A stretch of DNA of 64,000 bases from an uncultured delta proteobacterium (GTDB taxonomy: Bacteria; Myxococcota_A; Polyangia; Polyangiales; Polyangiaceae): positions 1,088,001 through 1,152,000 of the forward strand of contig CAWDXG010000001.1 in NCBI GenBank assembly GCA_963806225.1. The letters are read 5' to 3'. How positions within the stretch are numbered: position 1 is the stretch's first letter; every line of letters starts with the position of its first letter. The translations under genes and the position numbers were made by a program. Shown piece by piece: positions 37,760 through 50,400 of the stretch. The notes below the pieces were generated by a model. It saw only the letters and a program-made list of their open reading frames with translations, was not told the DNA's origin and made no database searches.

Positions 37760-37816
37760 GGCGGGGAGTATGGCACGCGCGCGGACGAGGGCGCCAAGGC
37801 GCTTCCCGGTCGGAAA

Positions 37817-40800
37817 TCACGCTGACTTGCGCTGACCTTTCGAGCCGAGCCGGATGTGCACCTCGTGCTTGCCCAGACCGCCCGGATCGAGCGGAATGCG
37901 ACCCGAGTCGAGCGGGGCTCCGTCCAGGCTTGCTTCGGCGACACCCCCGCCTACGGCGTCGGGATTGTCGACGACCACGTGGACCTCCTGGCCCCCGAGC
38001 TTGATCCACGCCTCGAATCCCTTCCAGGCGGAGGGGATGCAGGGGTCGATGCGGAGCTGCCCGTCTTCCTTGCGGAGGCCGAGGATGGCCTCGACACCCA
38101 GCCGGTAGGCCCAACCCGCCGCGCCGGTGTACCAGCTCCACCCGCCTCGAGCGATCCAGGGGGAACAGCTGTAGATGTCGCCGGCGAGGACATACGGCTC
38201 GACCCGGTAGCGAGCGACCTCTCCGCTCGTGCGCGCGCGAAGCACCGGGTTCAGCAGACGGAAGATGCGCTCGGCGTGTGCGCCGTCGCCCAGGGCGGTG
38301 TACGCCCAGCCGAGCCAGGTCGCCGCGTGTGTGTACTGGCCGCCATTTTCGCGGACGCCGCGCGGATACGCCCGGATGTACCCGGGATCGTGCGCCGTGC
38401 TCGCGAAGGGCGGCCAGAGCAACAGCACCAGCCTGTCCTCCTCCCGCACGAGCTGGTCGTCGGCCGCGTGGAGCGCGAGGCGCGCTCGTTCGGTGTCGGC
38501 ACTGCCGGAGAGGACGGCCCACGACTGTGCGATCGAGTCGATACGGCACTCGCGACTCGTCGTCGAGCCCAGAGCCGAGCCGTCGTCGTGGAACGCGCGC
38601 AGGTACCACCCGCCATCCCACGCATTTTCCTCGAGGCTTGCCCGCAGCGATTCGGCTCGGGCTCGCCAGTTCTCTGCCTCGTCGTGCTCGTCCAGCCGCT
38701 CGCAGAGCGACGCGAAGCGGCTCGCGGTCGCGCACAGGAACCAGCCGAGCCAGACGCTTTCGCCGCGGCCTTCCGAGCCGACGCGGTTCATGCCGTCGTT
38801 CCAGTCGCTGTCGCCCATCAGCGGTAGGCCGTGGCGTCCCTGGGTGAAGCCGCGCTGCATGGCACGCCGGCAGTGTTCGAACAATGGGGCGGCCGCCGAG
38901 GTACCGAACTCGGCATACCGGTCGTGTTCTTCGCGCTTCAGCGGCTCCGCGCTCAAGAACGGCACGGGCTCGTCGAGGATCGACACATCCCCCGTGGCAG
39001 CCACGTACTCGGCCGTCACGTACACAAGCCACACGAGGTCGTCCGAACAGCGCGTCCGGACGCCGCTGCCGGACGGTGGGTGCCACCAGTGCAGGACGTC
39101 GCCTTCTTCGAACTGGTGTGCGGCCGATTCCAGGATGTGGGCGCGCGCGCGGGCGGGCGCAGCGACCAGCAGCGCGAGCACGTCCTGGAGCTGGTCACGG
39201 AATCCGAACGCGCCGCTGGATTGATAGAAGGCCGTGCGACCGAAGAGACGCGAGGCGATGGTCTGGTAGAGCAGCCATCGATTCAGCATGAGGTCCATGG
39301 ACGGCTCGGGCGTCTTGACGCGCAGGCTGCCCGTGAGCCCTTCCCAGAATCCGGTCAGGGCGTCCCACGCCGCGTCGACCGACTCCCGCTTGCGGAAGTG
39401 TGCCGCCAGTGCGAGCGCGGCGTCGCGATCAGCGCCCTGGCCGAGGACGAAATGAGTCTCGATCTCCTCGCCCGGCCCGAGGTCCAGATGCACCTGCAGT
39501 GCGGCACAAGGATCCACGCCGGCGTCCGTGCACGCGGCGAGGCCCCAACGTTCGAGCGCCTCGGGGCGCGCGTAGTCTCCCCGGCGCCCGAGAAACTCCG
39601 TGCGATCGGCGGTGAAGCCGTGCACCCGAAGCTCGGAGGCGAGGAACGCGAAGCGCCCCTTGAATTCGCTCTTCCAGCTGCTCGTCGCGAGCAGACATGC
39701 GCTCGGTCGGTCGATTCCAGACACCACGTACGCCCGCTGCTCCTCCGCGGTGCTACCGAGAACCCACTCCGCGTAATAGGTCGCGGTAACCCGCCGGTGC
39801 CGGGGAAGCAGGTTCTTGATCCTCAGCCGCACGAGCTTCACCGGCGCGTCGGCAGGCACGAAGACCGTGAGCTCCTGTTCGAAATCGTGGCTCTGCCTCA
39901 GGTACTTCGTGTACCCCATGCCGTGACGCACGAGCGTTTCGGCTTCGAGCCCCGCAGGCAGCGGCGTGGGTGACCAGACTTCGCCTGTTTCCTCGTCCCT
40001 CAGGTAGACGGATTCAGAGGGCGTATCGAAGAGCGGATCGTTTCGCCAAGGCGTGAGTCGGTTCTCGCTGCTGTTTGTCGACCAGGTGCAGCCGAGCGAC
40101 GATTCGCTCACCAGGCAGCCAAAGTCGGGATTCGCGAGCACGTTGCACCAGGGAGCAGGAGTCGGCTTGCCCGGCTGTACCGAGATCACGTACTCGCGGC
40201 CGTCCTCGCTGAACCCGCCGATGCCGTTGTCGAACATCAAGCTGGGCCGGCGAGGACCCGACGGGGGCGTGCGCTCCTCCGCTAGTGTGGGCTCGAACCG
40301 TGGCAGACGCGGTGCGCTCTCGGCGGGTTTCGCAAAGCGGGACGCGAGCGAGTCGTCCCGGGTGTCCAGTACTACGCGCGCGCTTGCCTCGAGGTGGCGC
40401 TCCTCTTCTTCCGGAAGCTGATCGCGAGTCACGACGTGAATGCCGCCGCGCCGGTCGATCCAGTCGTCGACGTCGTGACGGGCGAGCACGCTTCTGAGCG
40501 TTCCGACGCCGTCCGTCACGTATCCTGTGGCCTGTTCGTCCACGAGAACGAGATCGACGCGCACGCCAGAGGCCCGGAAGTACCGGTGCGCAGCGATGAC
40601 TTGTGAAAATAGCGGAGCCTGGGCGTCGTGTACCCGGACGAGCAGGATCGGGAAGTCGCCGGAGATCCCCCGCCCCCAGAGCCGTCGCTTCTCGGCGTGG
40701 CCTTCGGCGATGACGTCCCCGGGAGCGCGCAACGACGGCTCCGCAAAGACCAGCGCGGACAAAAGGTGCTGGATAGCCGGTAGCAGGTTGGCGTTCAGCC

Positions 40801-43800
40801 GAGCGCGTTTCAGGCGCCTGAGACTCTCCTGCTCGGCGTCGCGGAACGCCCAGCGAACCGCGTGCATCGAGCCGTAGCGTCGGGCAAGCTCCAGCGCCGC
40901 GCTGCGAGAGCGATCCACCGCCGTGACAAACGCGAGAGTTACCGACTCCTGCGGTGCGAGCTCGACGTGGGCGCGGAGGCTCATGACCGGATCGAGCACG
41001 GTGCCGACGCTGCCATGCAGAACCACGGGGTCGAGCGACATCGACTCCGGCACACGAGGGTCCCGCGAACGGCCGAAGAAGGCTGCTCGGTCCGTCTCGA
41101 AGCCCGCGGGGGTCACCCGGGAACCCTCGACGACGAGCCGATGCACCAGCGCTGCGCGCTCTTCGTTCAGCGCCCGGTGCCGGCGCGTGAAAACGAGCCC
41201 ATCAAGCTCCGGTACGTACTCGCTTTCGACGAACAACCTCGAGAATGCACCGGTTACGGCTTCGACCGGCAACAGAGCGGGCTCGGAGGCGCTCGCGACG
41301 ACGAGCCGCCGCGATCGATCCGTCTCGTTGTGAAGCGTGATCTGCCGGACCTCGACGTCGTCCGCCGCCGCGATGGTGACGTCGACGTGAACCGAGAGCC
41401 CTTGATCGCGGCGATGGAAGTCGATCTTGTGGGCGCTGAAAGTCGTCCGCCCGTCCGCCGAGGTCGCCCGCCAGACCCGACCGTTGTCTCTGTCCCGCAG
41501 GTAGATCCAGGTTCCCTGCGTGTCGGATGTCGGGTCAGGTTGGTAGTTGGTGAGAGCCAGACCGTGCCAGCGCAGACCGCCGCCTCCGGAGTCCGTGAGC
41601 CAGGTCGTGAGACGACCGTTGCCGAGCACGAAACGTCCGGTTGTCCGGCGCCGCGCGCCGACCACGAAGGCGCGCTCGACGGAGCTCGCTGGGCAGGCGC
41701 TTCCTCGGTCTCCGGGCCCTCGGCGGCGGGCCATTCCGCCGGCACGGCGCCTGGCGTCGGCTCGCCCAGGAGCATCCCGCCCACCTCGACCAACGGGTCG
41801 GAGTGGAAGCGCTCGACCATGATGTCGTCGTGCAGGTAGTTGTCGAGCGCGACGAGCAGCATGCCCTGGTGATGCGCCATGAACGACCGCACGACGACGA
41901 ACGAGCGGCCACTCGGCGCATGCTCCGGGTCGAAATCGACGGCCTCGAACAAGCCGTACATTCCGAGCATTCCCATCGCCTCGAGCTTCGCCAGGTTGTC
42001 CACGACGGCGCGCGGTCGAAGGGAGATGGCGAGCATCGAAGCGTACGGCGCGACCACACGGTCTTCGGTGAGGTGACGCCGGAAGCCGAGCCCAGGAACA
42101 CCGAACGAGCGATACTGGTACGTCTGATGGGGGTCCAGGCGGCCGTATGCAGATTCCGAGACACCCCAGGGAGTGTTCCGCTCCCGGGCGTAGGCGATCT
42201 GCGCCTCCACCGCGAGCGCGGAGCTGCGACCGAGAAGTGTCCGCTCGTTGCCGCGCATCAGCAGGTTCGGCATCAGATACTCGAACATCGTTCCGCCCCA
42301 GGACAAGAGCGCGGGCGCGCCTGCCACGTGCGTCATCGGACGCCCGAGCGCGTACCAGTGCGACTCGGGCGCATCGTGCTTGACGATCGCCAGGTAGCTC
42401 GCAAGACGCGCTTCCGATGCGAGCAGGTCGTAGTGATGCGCATCGGCCGTATCCAGCGTGACGTTGTAGCCAATGCGGAAGAGCTTCCGCTCCGGGTCGA
42501 AGAGCAGCCGGAAGTCCATCCCGTATGCTTCGGCCTGCGCGCGGCGCGCCACGTCCAGAAGACCATCGCGGAGCGCTTCGGCGCTCTGTTCGGCGCTGTG
42601 GAAGGCTTCCCGGAGCCGCGCTGTCGACGCTTCCAGATCAACCGTGAGGCTCCCGTCGCGGCGCTGTCGTTCTTCCCACTCGGCAAGCTCGGTGGCGAGT
42701 CGGTGGCAGGTTCCCGGGATCTCGTCGAGCTTGATTTCTCCGGGCCAGGTGAGTGCCGTCGCGGCAGGCTCGTCGGCCAGCGAAAGCCAGGGCAGAAGCG
42801 CGTCGAGCTCCCGTCGTGTCTCGTAGAGTTGGTGGTGGAAGCGATCCACCCACGTGCGGAGTGCGTGCAGGGTCTCGGCCTCGTGCTGGTACGCGCCGGC
42901 ATCGAGCAGCGCAATCAGCTCGCTGTCGAGCGCCGGAGCGGTCTCGTCGCACAGCACTCCGAGCGCGGCATGGGCCTCGCGTGCGGTCTCGCCCCTGTTC
43001 ACCACGATGCGGCGCACCGTAGCGAGCACCGACCGTAGCGAGTCCGCCGGTCCCGCTTCGGTAGAACCGAGCGCTTCTTCGAGCAGGTCGAGCAGATCGG
43101 TGATGCCGTTCCACGCCTCGCGGCGAAGCACGGGTGCGTGGGCCACCGACTTCAGGCCTTGCTCCAGCGCGATGAGACATCCCGCGAAGTTCCCGCTATC
43201 GACGGTGGACACGTAGCGTGGCAGGAGCGGCTGGAGGTTCTTCGTCTCGTACCAGTTCAAGAGGTGGCCCCGGTAGTGTTCAAGCCGTTCGACGCTTTCC
43301 AGAGTGTTCTGCAGCCGAAGCAGAAGGTCGCCCGGTCCGAGGTAGCCGAGGTCGTAGGCGGAAAGCGTGGAGAGAAGCATCATGCCGATGTTGGTGGGCG
43401 AGGTGCGGTGAGCGACCTGCTCGCGGGGCACGGCCTGGTAGTTGTCCACGGGCAGCCACTGGTCGCCCGGGCCCACGAACGTCTCGAAGAAGAGCCACGT
43501 TCTGCGTGCCAATTGGCGGAGCCGCCGCACGTCCTCGGCGCCCAGAGGCTTCGCGTGGTTCGGGAAGTCACGGCTCGTCCAGCGGGCGATCGCGGGGGCG
43601 AAGAACCAGGCGAGAAGAACCGGCAGACCGACGAGCAGTGCAGAAGGCCGGACCCAGGCGACGGTGGCGCCGCTCAGCACCGCGAGAAGTGGAGACGCGA
43701 GCATCTGTCGCCATAGCCGGGATCGCCTGTGCGTAGTCCGGGCAATGTCCGCGGCGGACGTCCATTGAAGCAGGTGTGTGTGCGTGAACACGACCCGCGC

Positions 43801-46209
43801 CAGCGTGCGCACCACGGCGTCAACGACTATGGCGGCCTCGTGGACGAGAAACACGAGCCCCAAGAGCGCTCGTTCGATGTCTTTGAACTGTGGTCGCCCC
43901 CGCACGATCGCTGGCAGGAGTGGCGCGAAAAGCACGGAGAGCGCCACGAGCGTCCAGAACAGTGGAGCGCCAGGCAACCAGGTCCAGCCGCACAAGAGGA
44001 GCAGCACGAGCAGCGGGGCCGTCAGGCTGCGGCGCAGATTGTCCGCGATCTTCCAGCGATCGATGAGGCTCAGGCGGTTATGGAGCTTCCCACGGCGCGA
44101 CGACGGCACCTCCGGAAGGAGCCAGGGCAGAAGCTGCCAGTCACCGCATATCCAGCGATGCATGCGCCGCGCATACGCAGCGTAGTGAGTCGGGTAGTCC
44201 TCGAAGACAACAACGTCGCTTGCCAGAGCCGCCCTCCCGTGGATCCCCTCGAACAGATCGTGGCTCAGGATCGCGTTCTCCGGAGTCCGTCCTTCGAGGC
44301 TCCGCGTGAATGCATCCACGTCGTAGATGCCCTTGCCGACGTAGATACCCGACGCGAACAGATCCTGGTACAGGTCGGAGGTCGCGTGCGTGTAGATGTC
44401 GAACCCGGTGTCGCCGGCAAAAATCCGTTGGAACCGCGAACGACTCGAGCTGGCCGGGGAAGTCTGGACGCGGGGCTGGACGATCGTGTACCCGGAAGCC
44501 ACGCGTCCTGTCTTCTCATCGAAGGTCGCGCGATTCAGCGGATGCGCAAGAACCCCGATCAAACGACGCGCGCTTCCCATCGGAAGCTCGGTGTCGCTGT
44601 CGAGCGTTATGACAAATCGAATCCGCTCCAGTCCCTCCGGGGCCCCCTCGTGGCGCACGTAGCTCCCGCGCTTGTCTCCACGAAGCAAGCGGTTGAGCTC
44701 CTCGAGCTTCCCGCGCTTGCGCTCCCAGCCCATGAAACACTCCTCGGACGCGTTCCAGCGGGGCTGTCGGTGCAGAAGGTGGAACGGGCCGGTTCCATCC
44801 TCGCCGTGCTTCGCGTTGAGCGATGCGATTTCTTCGCACGCGCGGTCGAGCAGGTCCTCGGATGCCGGGGGCTCCAGGGCATCGGCGTCGTCGGTGAGCA
44901 GCGCGAACCGTAGCTGTGGGTCGGGGTTCGAGAGGTAGTGAAGCTCGAGCCGCTGGGCCATCCTGGCGATGTCGTCCCGCGTTCCGAGCAGCGTGGGAAC
45001 CACAACGAGAGTCCGGGCGTCCTCGGGAAGGCCCTTTTCGAAGTCGAGCTTCGAAAGGAGGTGGGGCCTGAGCAGCTTTGCGAACGCCCACTGGACGATC
45101 GCCACGGCGACGACCGCCGCCGCGCCAAGCGTGAGCACGAGTACGGCGAGGCGCGGCAAGAGCCCCGCGCCGCTCCGGACGGCATACCATTCTGGCAGGA
45201 CGACAAGCGCCGCGGTCACGAGCGACAGTGTTCCAAGATACGCAAGCGTTGGCCGGCCGAGGGCCATCCGGCGAACGCGCTCGAGCCCTTTCGGTCCGTA
45301 GCCGAGCTCCTGCTCGAGTACGCTTCGACCCACGTCGACCAGGTAGTAGCCGACGTGTCCGCGGCGTTCGTCCGGAACAGCCCGGGACGCCAGTGCCAAA
45401 GCTCGAGCGGCCACGTCTTCTTCCGGTATCCGGGTGACCCAGGCGAGCTCCTCGATGGTCTTGCGGTACAAATCGCAGGTTGCAAAGTCCATTTGCGCGT
45501 AGATCCCCGCCGGATCCGCGCGCAACATCGCTTCGACGCGACTCGTCTGTTCGAAGAATACCTTCCAGTCGAGCTCGGCGAAGAGGCGCAAGGCGCGAAT
45601 CGCGCGCTCTACGCCCGTCGCGGGGTCGACGACGACGTGCCCGGGGCCAACGGGCGACGCGTCTTCCGCAATGACTCCGAGCCCGGAGAGGGACTGCACG
45701 AGATTCGTGAGCACGGCGATCCGCAAAATCATCGGGAACGCCCAGAGCTCGGCAATGCTGAGCGTCGAGGTCTCCTGGTAGGCGCGGACAAAGCGTCCGA
45801 GCATCGCTCTGTCGAAGGCGAGACCGGTCTTCGCGACCAGCTCGGTCGAAAGCCAGTAGACGCGCGGCAGGCCTTTTCCAGGACCCGTCGACAGCCGCGG
45901 CAGGTGCCCCACGAAGCCGCGCGGAAGCTCTTGAGCGACCTGCCGGGCGACGCGGCGCACCAGGTGGTAGTTGTCGAGGAACCACTCGGCGGGCTTCTGC
46001 AGTGCCTTCTTGTCCTGGGTCCCTGATGCCAGCCGCTCGCGGGCCTGTTCAAGGGCGGCTGCTAGTCGCGAGGGGGCGAAGAATGGCGCCGGCCATCGCC
46101 CTGGGCGTTCGAGACCTTGTTGCGATCCGGCGAGTGCGCGCGCCTCGACCTCCCAGGAACGGGTAGCCTCCGTGTCTTCCCTTGTCGGCTGGGCGGCAGT
46201 CGCCGTCAC
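37817..46209 (-). CDS. ndvB: Cyclic beta-1,2-glucan synthase (Cgs/NdvB/ChvB: GT84 plus GH94), split by a 1-nt deletion near 41632
   Basis: EWFLDNYHLV, MGWERKRGKL, ITLDSDT, LSHDLFEG, RMHRWICGDWQ, HRTSPTNIG, YDLLASEAR, SWGGTMFEYLMP; second frame has NRLTPW.ND, YQSSGAFGFRDQLQD, DWNDGMN, ENGGQYTH. Confidence 0.92.
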
Positions 46210-47261
46210 CGTTCCCCCGGCGGGTAGCTGGCGCGCAGCGGAGGCGCATACCGCTCTTCCGCCGCCTCACCCGTGCGCCCCAGCGCGGCTTCCGGAAGAT
46301 CCTGCAGGACGAGAAGCGGAATCGTCGAGTGCGAAATGAGATGGTGCGTCACGCTTCCGAAAGGTTGCATCGGATTGCACACGCTCCCATGCGCGGAGAG
46401 CACCACGAGGTCGGCTTGCTCCCGCTCCGCAATCTCGAGCAGAGCCTGCCGTTCGTCCACGTGGCGTGTGACGACCGCGCGCACCCGGGCGGTGCGTGGC
46501 AGTCGAGCGCCAAGATGATCGAGATACCGCGTCGCGCGTGACTCCAGTCGTGCGGCGAGCGCGCGCGCAACGTCGAGATCGCCCGCGTGCAGCACTGCCG
46601 TCGGAAGAGGCTCCACGACGACGTGGACGAGCAACAGCTCCGCGCCGTACGCCTCGGCGATCCGCGCGACGGTGGGTAGCACGCTCTCGGTCCGCGTCGA
46701 GCCGTCCAGGGGAACGAGAATGCGCTCGGGCGTGAAGGCGCCTGCAGCGCGCGACGCGGCCCGTGCCACCAGCACGGAGCCGCGGGATACCGCGAGCAGC
46801 TGTTGTGCCGTGCCGCCCAGCTTCCACTCGGCCACCCCGCCTTCGCCGTGACTCGCGATCACGGTCAGGTCCGCACCGATATCGTGTGCGATGGCCGTGA
46901 TGCGCTCCGCTGGGCGGCCTTGCGCGAGCTTGCTGTCGACAGCGAGGTCCCATGTCTCGCTCGCGTCCGTTGCGAGGCGGTCGAGATACACCGTCGCTTC
47001 CCGCCGGGATACCTCCCAGCCGAGCGGGTCCGTGATGCGCCCGCCTGCATGCTCCTCTGCAGGTTGCATTACGTGCAGAAGGGTCACCTGACTTCCGAAG
47101 ACCCTGGCCAGCGCGATGGCGTGGGGCAGACACGCCTCCGAGTACGGCGAGAGGTCGAGGCACACGAGGATATGACGCATGCTCTGGGCGCGCGGAAGCG
47201 GCGTAGTTCGAGAGTCTGGAGCTGCGTCGCCGGGCGGGGGATGGTGTGTCGCGATTGGCAT
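46206..47261 (-). CDS. Tandem universal stress protein (two USP domains)
   Basis: HILVCLDLS...ASHGEGG...LGGTA and RILVPLDGS...SAHG...FGSVT; stop overlaps the cgs GTG. Alternative start at 47180. Confidence 0.9.
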   Translation of the reverse strand: MPIATHHPPPGDAAPDSRTTPLPRAQSMRHILVCLDLSPYSEACLPHAIALARVFGSQVTLLHVMQPAEEHAGGRITDPLGWEVSRREATVYLDRLATDASETWDLAVDSKLAQGRPAERITAIAHDIGADLTVIASHGEGGVAEWKLGGTAQQLLAVSRGSVLVARAASRAAGAFTPERILVPLDGSTRTESVLPTVARIAEAYGAELLLVHVVVEPLPTAVLHAGDLDVARALAARLESRATRYLDHLGARLPRTARVRAVVTRHVDERQALLEIAEREQADLVVLSAHGSVCNPMQPFGSVTHHLISHSTIPLLVLQDLPEAALGRTGEAAEERYAPPLRASYPPGER

Positions 47262-47438
47262 TGCCCGCTGAATGGTTTCAAGATCCCTGCCAACTCCCGG
47301 ATCGCTGGCGAATACTTCGAACTATCGGACCACGGGGCGTTTTGCCCCGTCTCGTGCCGCAAGCTCTGCGCGAAAGACGCTGGGGTGTGCTCGACGTGCG
47401 CGGCACGCGGCGGCTTCGAGCCGCAGGCGGGCGTCCGC

Positions 47439-50400
47439 CTACGTCGTCGAGGTTGCCAGCGCTGCGACCGCCGTCGCCAACCGATCGGAATCGATCGGCT
47501 TTGCCAGGTGCACCTGGAAACCCGCTTCGAGCGCTCGCCTGCGATCCGCTTCGCCGGCGAGGGCCGTGAGCGCGGCGGCGGGGATCTCTCTTCCGTGCTT
47601 GTCGTCCCGTAGCTTCCGGATGAAAGCGTAGCCGTCTTCGCCAGGCATCGCGATGTCACAGAGTATCGCCTGCGGTTTGAACGCCGCCGCGGCAGCGAGG
47701 CCTTCCGCTGCTGAAGATACGGCTCGAACCTCGGCGCCGTTCAGTGTGAGCATCGCTGCACAACTTTCGCGCGCGTCGTCGTCGTCGTCGATGAGCAGGA
47801 CGCGCACACCGCTGATGCTGCGTGAGAGCGTTCTGCGGGCGGCGGGAGCGGGCTCCGCGTCCTGTGCGGCCAACGGAAGCGTCACCGTGAACGTTGTGCC
47901 CTGCCCCTCTCCCGGGCTCTCGACATGCACCTCGCCGCCGTGCACGTCGACGATATGCCGGGCGATAGCCAGGCCCAGGCCGAGCCCGCCGTGGGCCCGG
48001 GTCATGGAGCTCTCGGCCTGGACGAAGCGATCGAAGAGGTGCGGAATCATCTCCTTTCGCAGGCCGCGCCCGGTGTCGCTCACCGTGATCCTGGCCTGGT
48101 GGTCGAACGCTTCGAGGCTGACCGCAATGCTGCCCCCCGGAGGTGTGAACTTGACGGCGTTGTCGAGCAGGTTGGCGACGACCTGTTGCAGGCGATCTGG
48201 ATCACCGTGGACCGGGTGGTGGGCGCCACGGATGGCGAGATCGAGCCCTATCCCTTTCACCTGCGCCGGGCTCCGCGCCACGTCGACGGCGCTCTGGACA
48301 ACGGTCGCGAGGTCGACCTCCTGCAGGTCGAGCATCAACTTCCCCGACACGATGCGTGAGATATCGAGCAGATCATTGATCAGACGGGTCTGGTTTCCAA
48401 CCGCACGCCCGATCGCGGCACTGGCGCGTTGGGTCACGGGGTCCTTCGCAGCGCTCTTCTGGAGCACCTGCGCCGACATCAGAATCGTGTTGAGAGGCGT
48501 ACGCAGCTCGTGCGAGAGCGTGGCAAGGAAGAGATCCTTGGCGCGGTTGGCGTGTTCCGCTTCGATTCGAGCCTCTCTCTCCGAAGCTTCGAGCTGGCGG
48601 TGCTCGGTGATGTCTTCGAGCGCCACAAGCAGCATCGGATCGCCGCCGGTGCCCTGGATTGGGCAGCCTCCGACCACGAGGTCCCGCTGGCCGCCAGGAA
48701 ACGCGCACTGGACCTCGAGGTGCTGGAACGATGAGCGGGTCGCCAGACTGCGTTCGAGGGCGTCTCGAAGCGCCGGCACATCCAGAGCGCCGGCTGCGAG
48801 CTCGAATAGCGGGAAGCGTTCGGTTGCGTCCGGTCGCGTGGCAAATCTGTCGTAGTAGGCGGGGTTCGCCGACACGACGCGCAAGGTCGCGTCGAGCACG
48901 AGCAGCGACATCGGGACGGTCTCCACGATGCGCTGCGCGTAGTCGCGGGCCCGCTCTGCTTCTTCCAGCGCGCGCTTCAAGACATCAACGTCGAGAAACG
49001 AGAGGATCGCGCCGTCGAGCCGGTGGTCCGCCGTCCGGTAGGGACGGATATGCAGCTTGAACCAGCGACCATCCAGACCCTGGACTTCGTATTCCTTCGG
49101 GGTGAGGGACTCGACCGTTTCCCGGATTCTGTCGGCCAGGTCGTCCACCCTGACCTTGAGCTTCACGTCATCGATCGAGCGGCCTACGTCTTCGGGTAGG
49201 AGGCTGGAGATCTGCCGTGCGGTTGGGGTGAAACGCCGGATCCTGAGATCCCGGTCCACCATGATGACGGGGATCCGGACGCTCTCGAGAACATTGACGA
49301 GGTCGTCTGCGATCACGTCCAGTTGCTGGTTCCTGTTGTGCAGCTCGTCATTCAGCGTGCTGAGCTCCTCGTTCGTGGACTGAAGCTCTTCCTGGGTACT
49401 CTGGAGCTCCTCGTTGGCGCTCTGGAGCTCCTCGTTGGCGGCGACCAGCTCCTCGTTGGCGGCGCCGAGCTCCTCGACCGTATCCTGGTGCTCGCCCGTG
49501 ATCGCTTGAAGATAGTCGCGGGTCGCGGTCAGCTCCGCATGCAGCTGAGGTGCTTCGTCGTCCGGGCGAGGCGAAGCTTGCTGGATTCCGGTAGGTGCTG
49601 CGGGCGTCAGCCCAAGCTCCTCGAACACGACAAGGAAGTGGCGGTCCACAGTGCCGGCCACGTCTCCAAGCGGCACGACATCGAGGTTGATCGAGCGCGT
49701 CTGGCCCTTCCTGGTGATTGTTGCGCCGTGCCTGCGGCTCGTGATGGACTGGGCCTTCGCGGCTTCGAGGGCTTCTCGTAGCGGAGCCGCAAGTCCGTCT
49801 CGTGCCATCTTGACAACGTTCACCTGCGGCTGCCCAGGGGGTGGCTCGAGGAAGTCTCCAGTGCGCCCCCGGAACTGGATGACCTCGAACCGCTCGTTGA
49901 CGACTACTCCCGAGGGGGCGTAGCGAGCCAGGAGCACATGGTCGGCCTGCCTTTGTGCATCTCGCGCAGGCTGTCCTCGCCGGGGGGGTGAGAACCCAGG
50001 CATCCGGAGCTCGGCTGCGGGGCCGAGCGAACGCGGGTATTCGATCCACGGACTCTCGCCCGTCTTTTCGAAGATCCGCTGGTCCTCGTTGACCGGAACG
50101 AACAGCTCAGCGAACTCGCGAATGCCCTCGCTGCCCCCGAGAAGCAGGTACCCGGGGGTGTTCAGGCAATGGTGCAACAGAGGCAGGATGCGGCGCTGCA
50201 GTTCGAGGTCGAAGTAGATGAGGACGTTGCGGCAGCTGATGAGATCAAGCCTGGCGAAGGGTGGATCCCGCGTGAGGTCATGCCGGACGAACACGCAGAG
50301 ATCGCGGATCCGCCTTCCCACACGGTAGTGGTCCCCGCTCCGCTCGAAGAACCGCGCCAGGCGCTCCGGGCTGACGCCTTCCACGTCGGACTCGGCGTAG

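Noticed and set aside
6620..41640. Programmed ribosomal frameshifting in the monooxygenase, purL, C2-like lipoprotein and cgs
   Set aside because: No slippery heptamers were seen. Scattered single-base indels, one in a homopolymer, are more simply sequencing errors.
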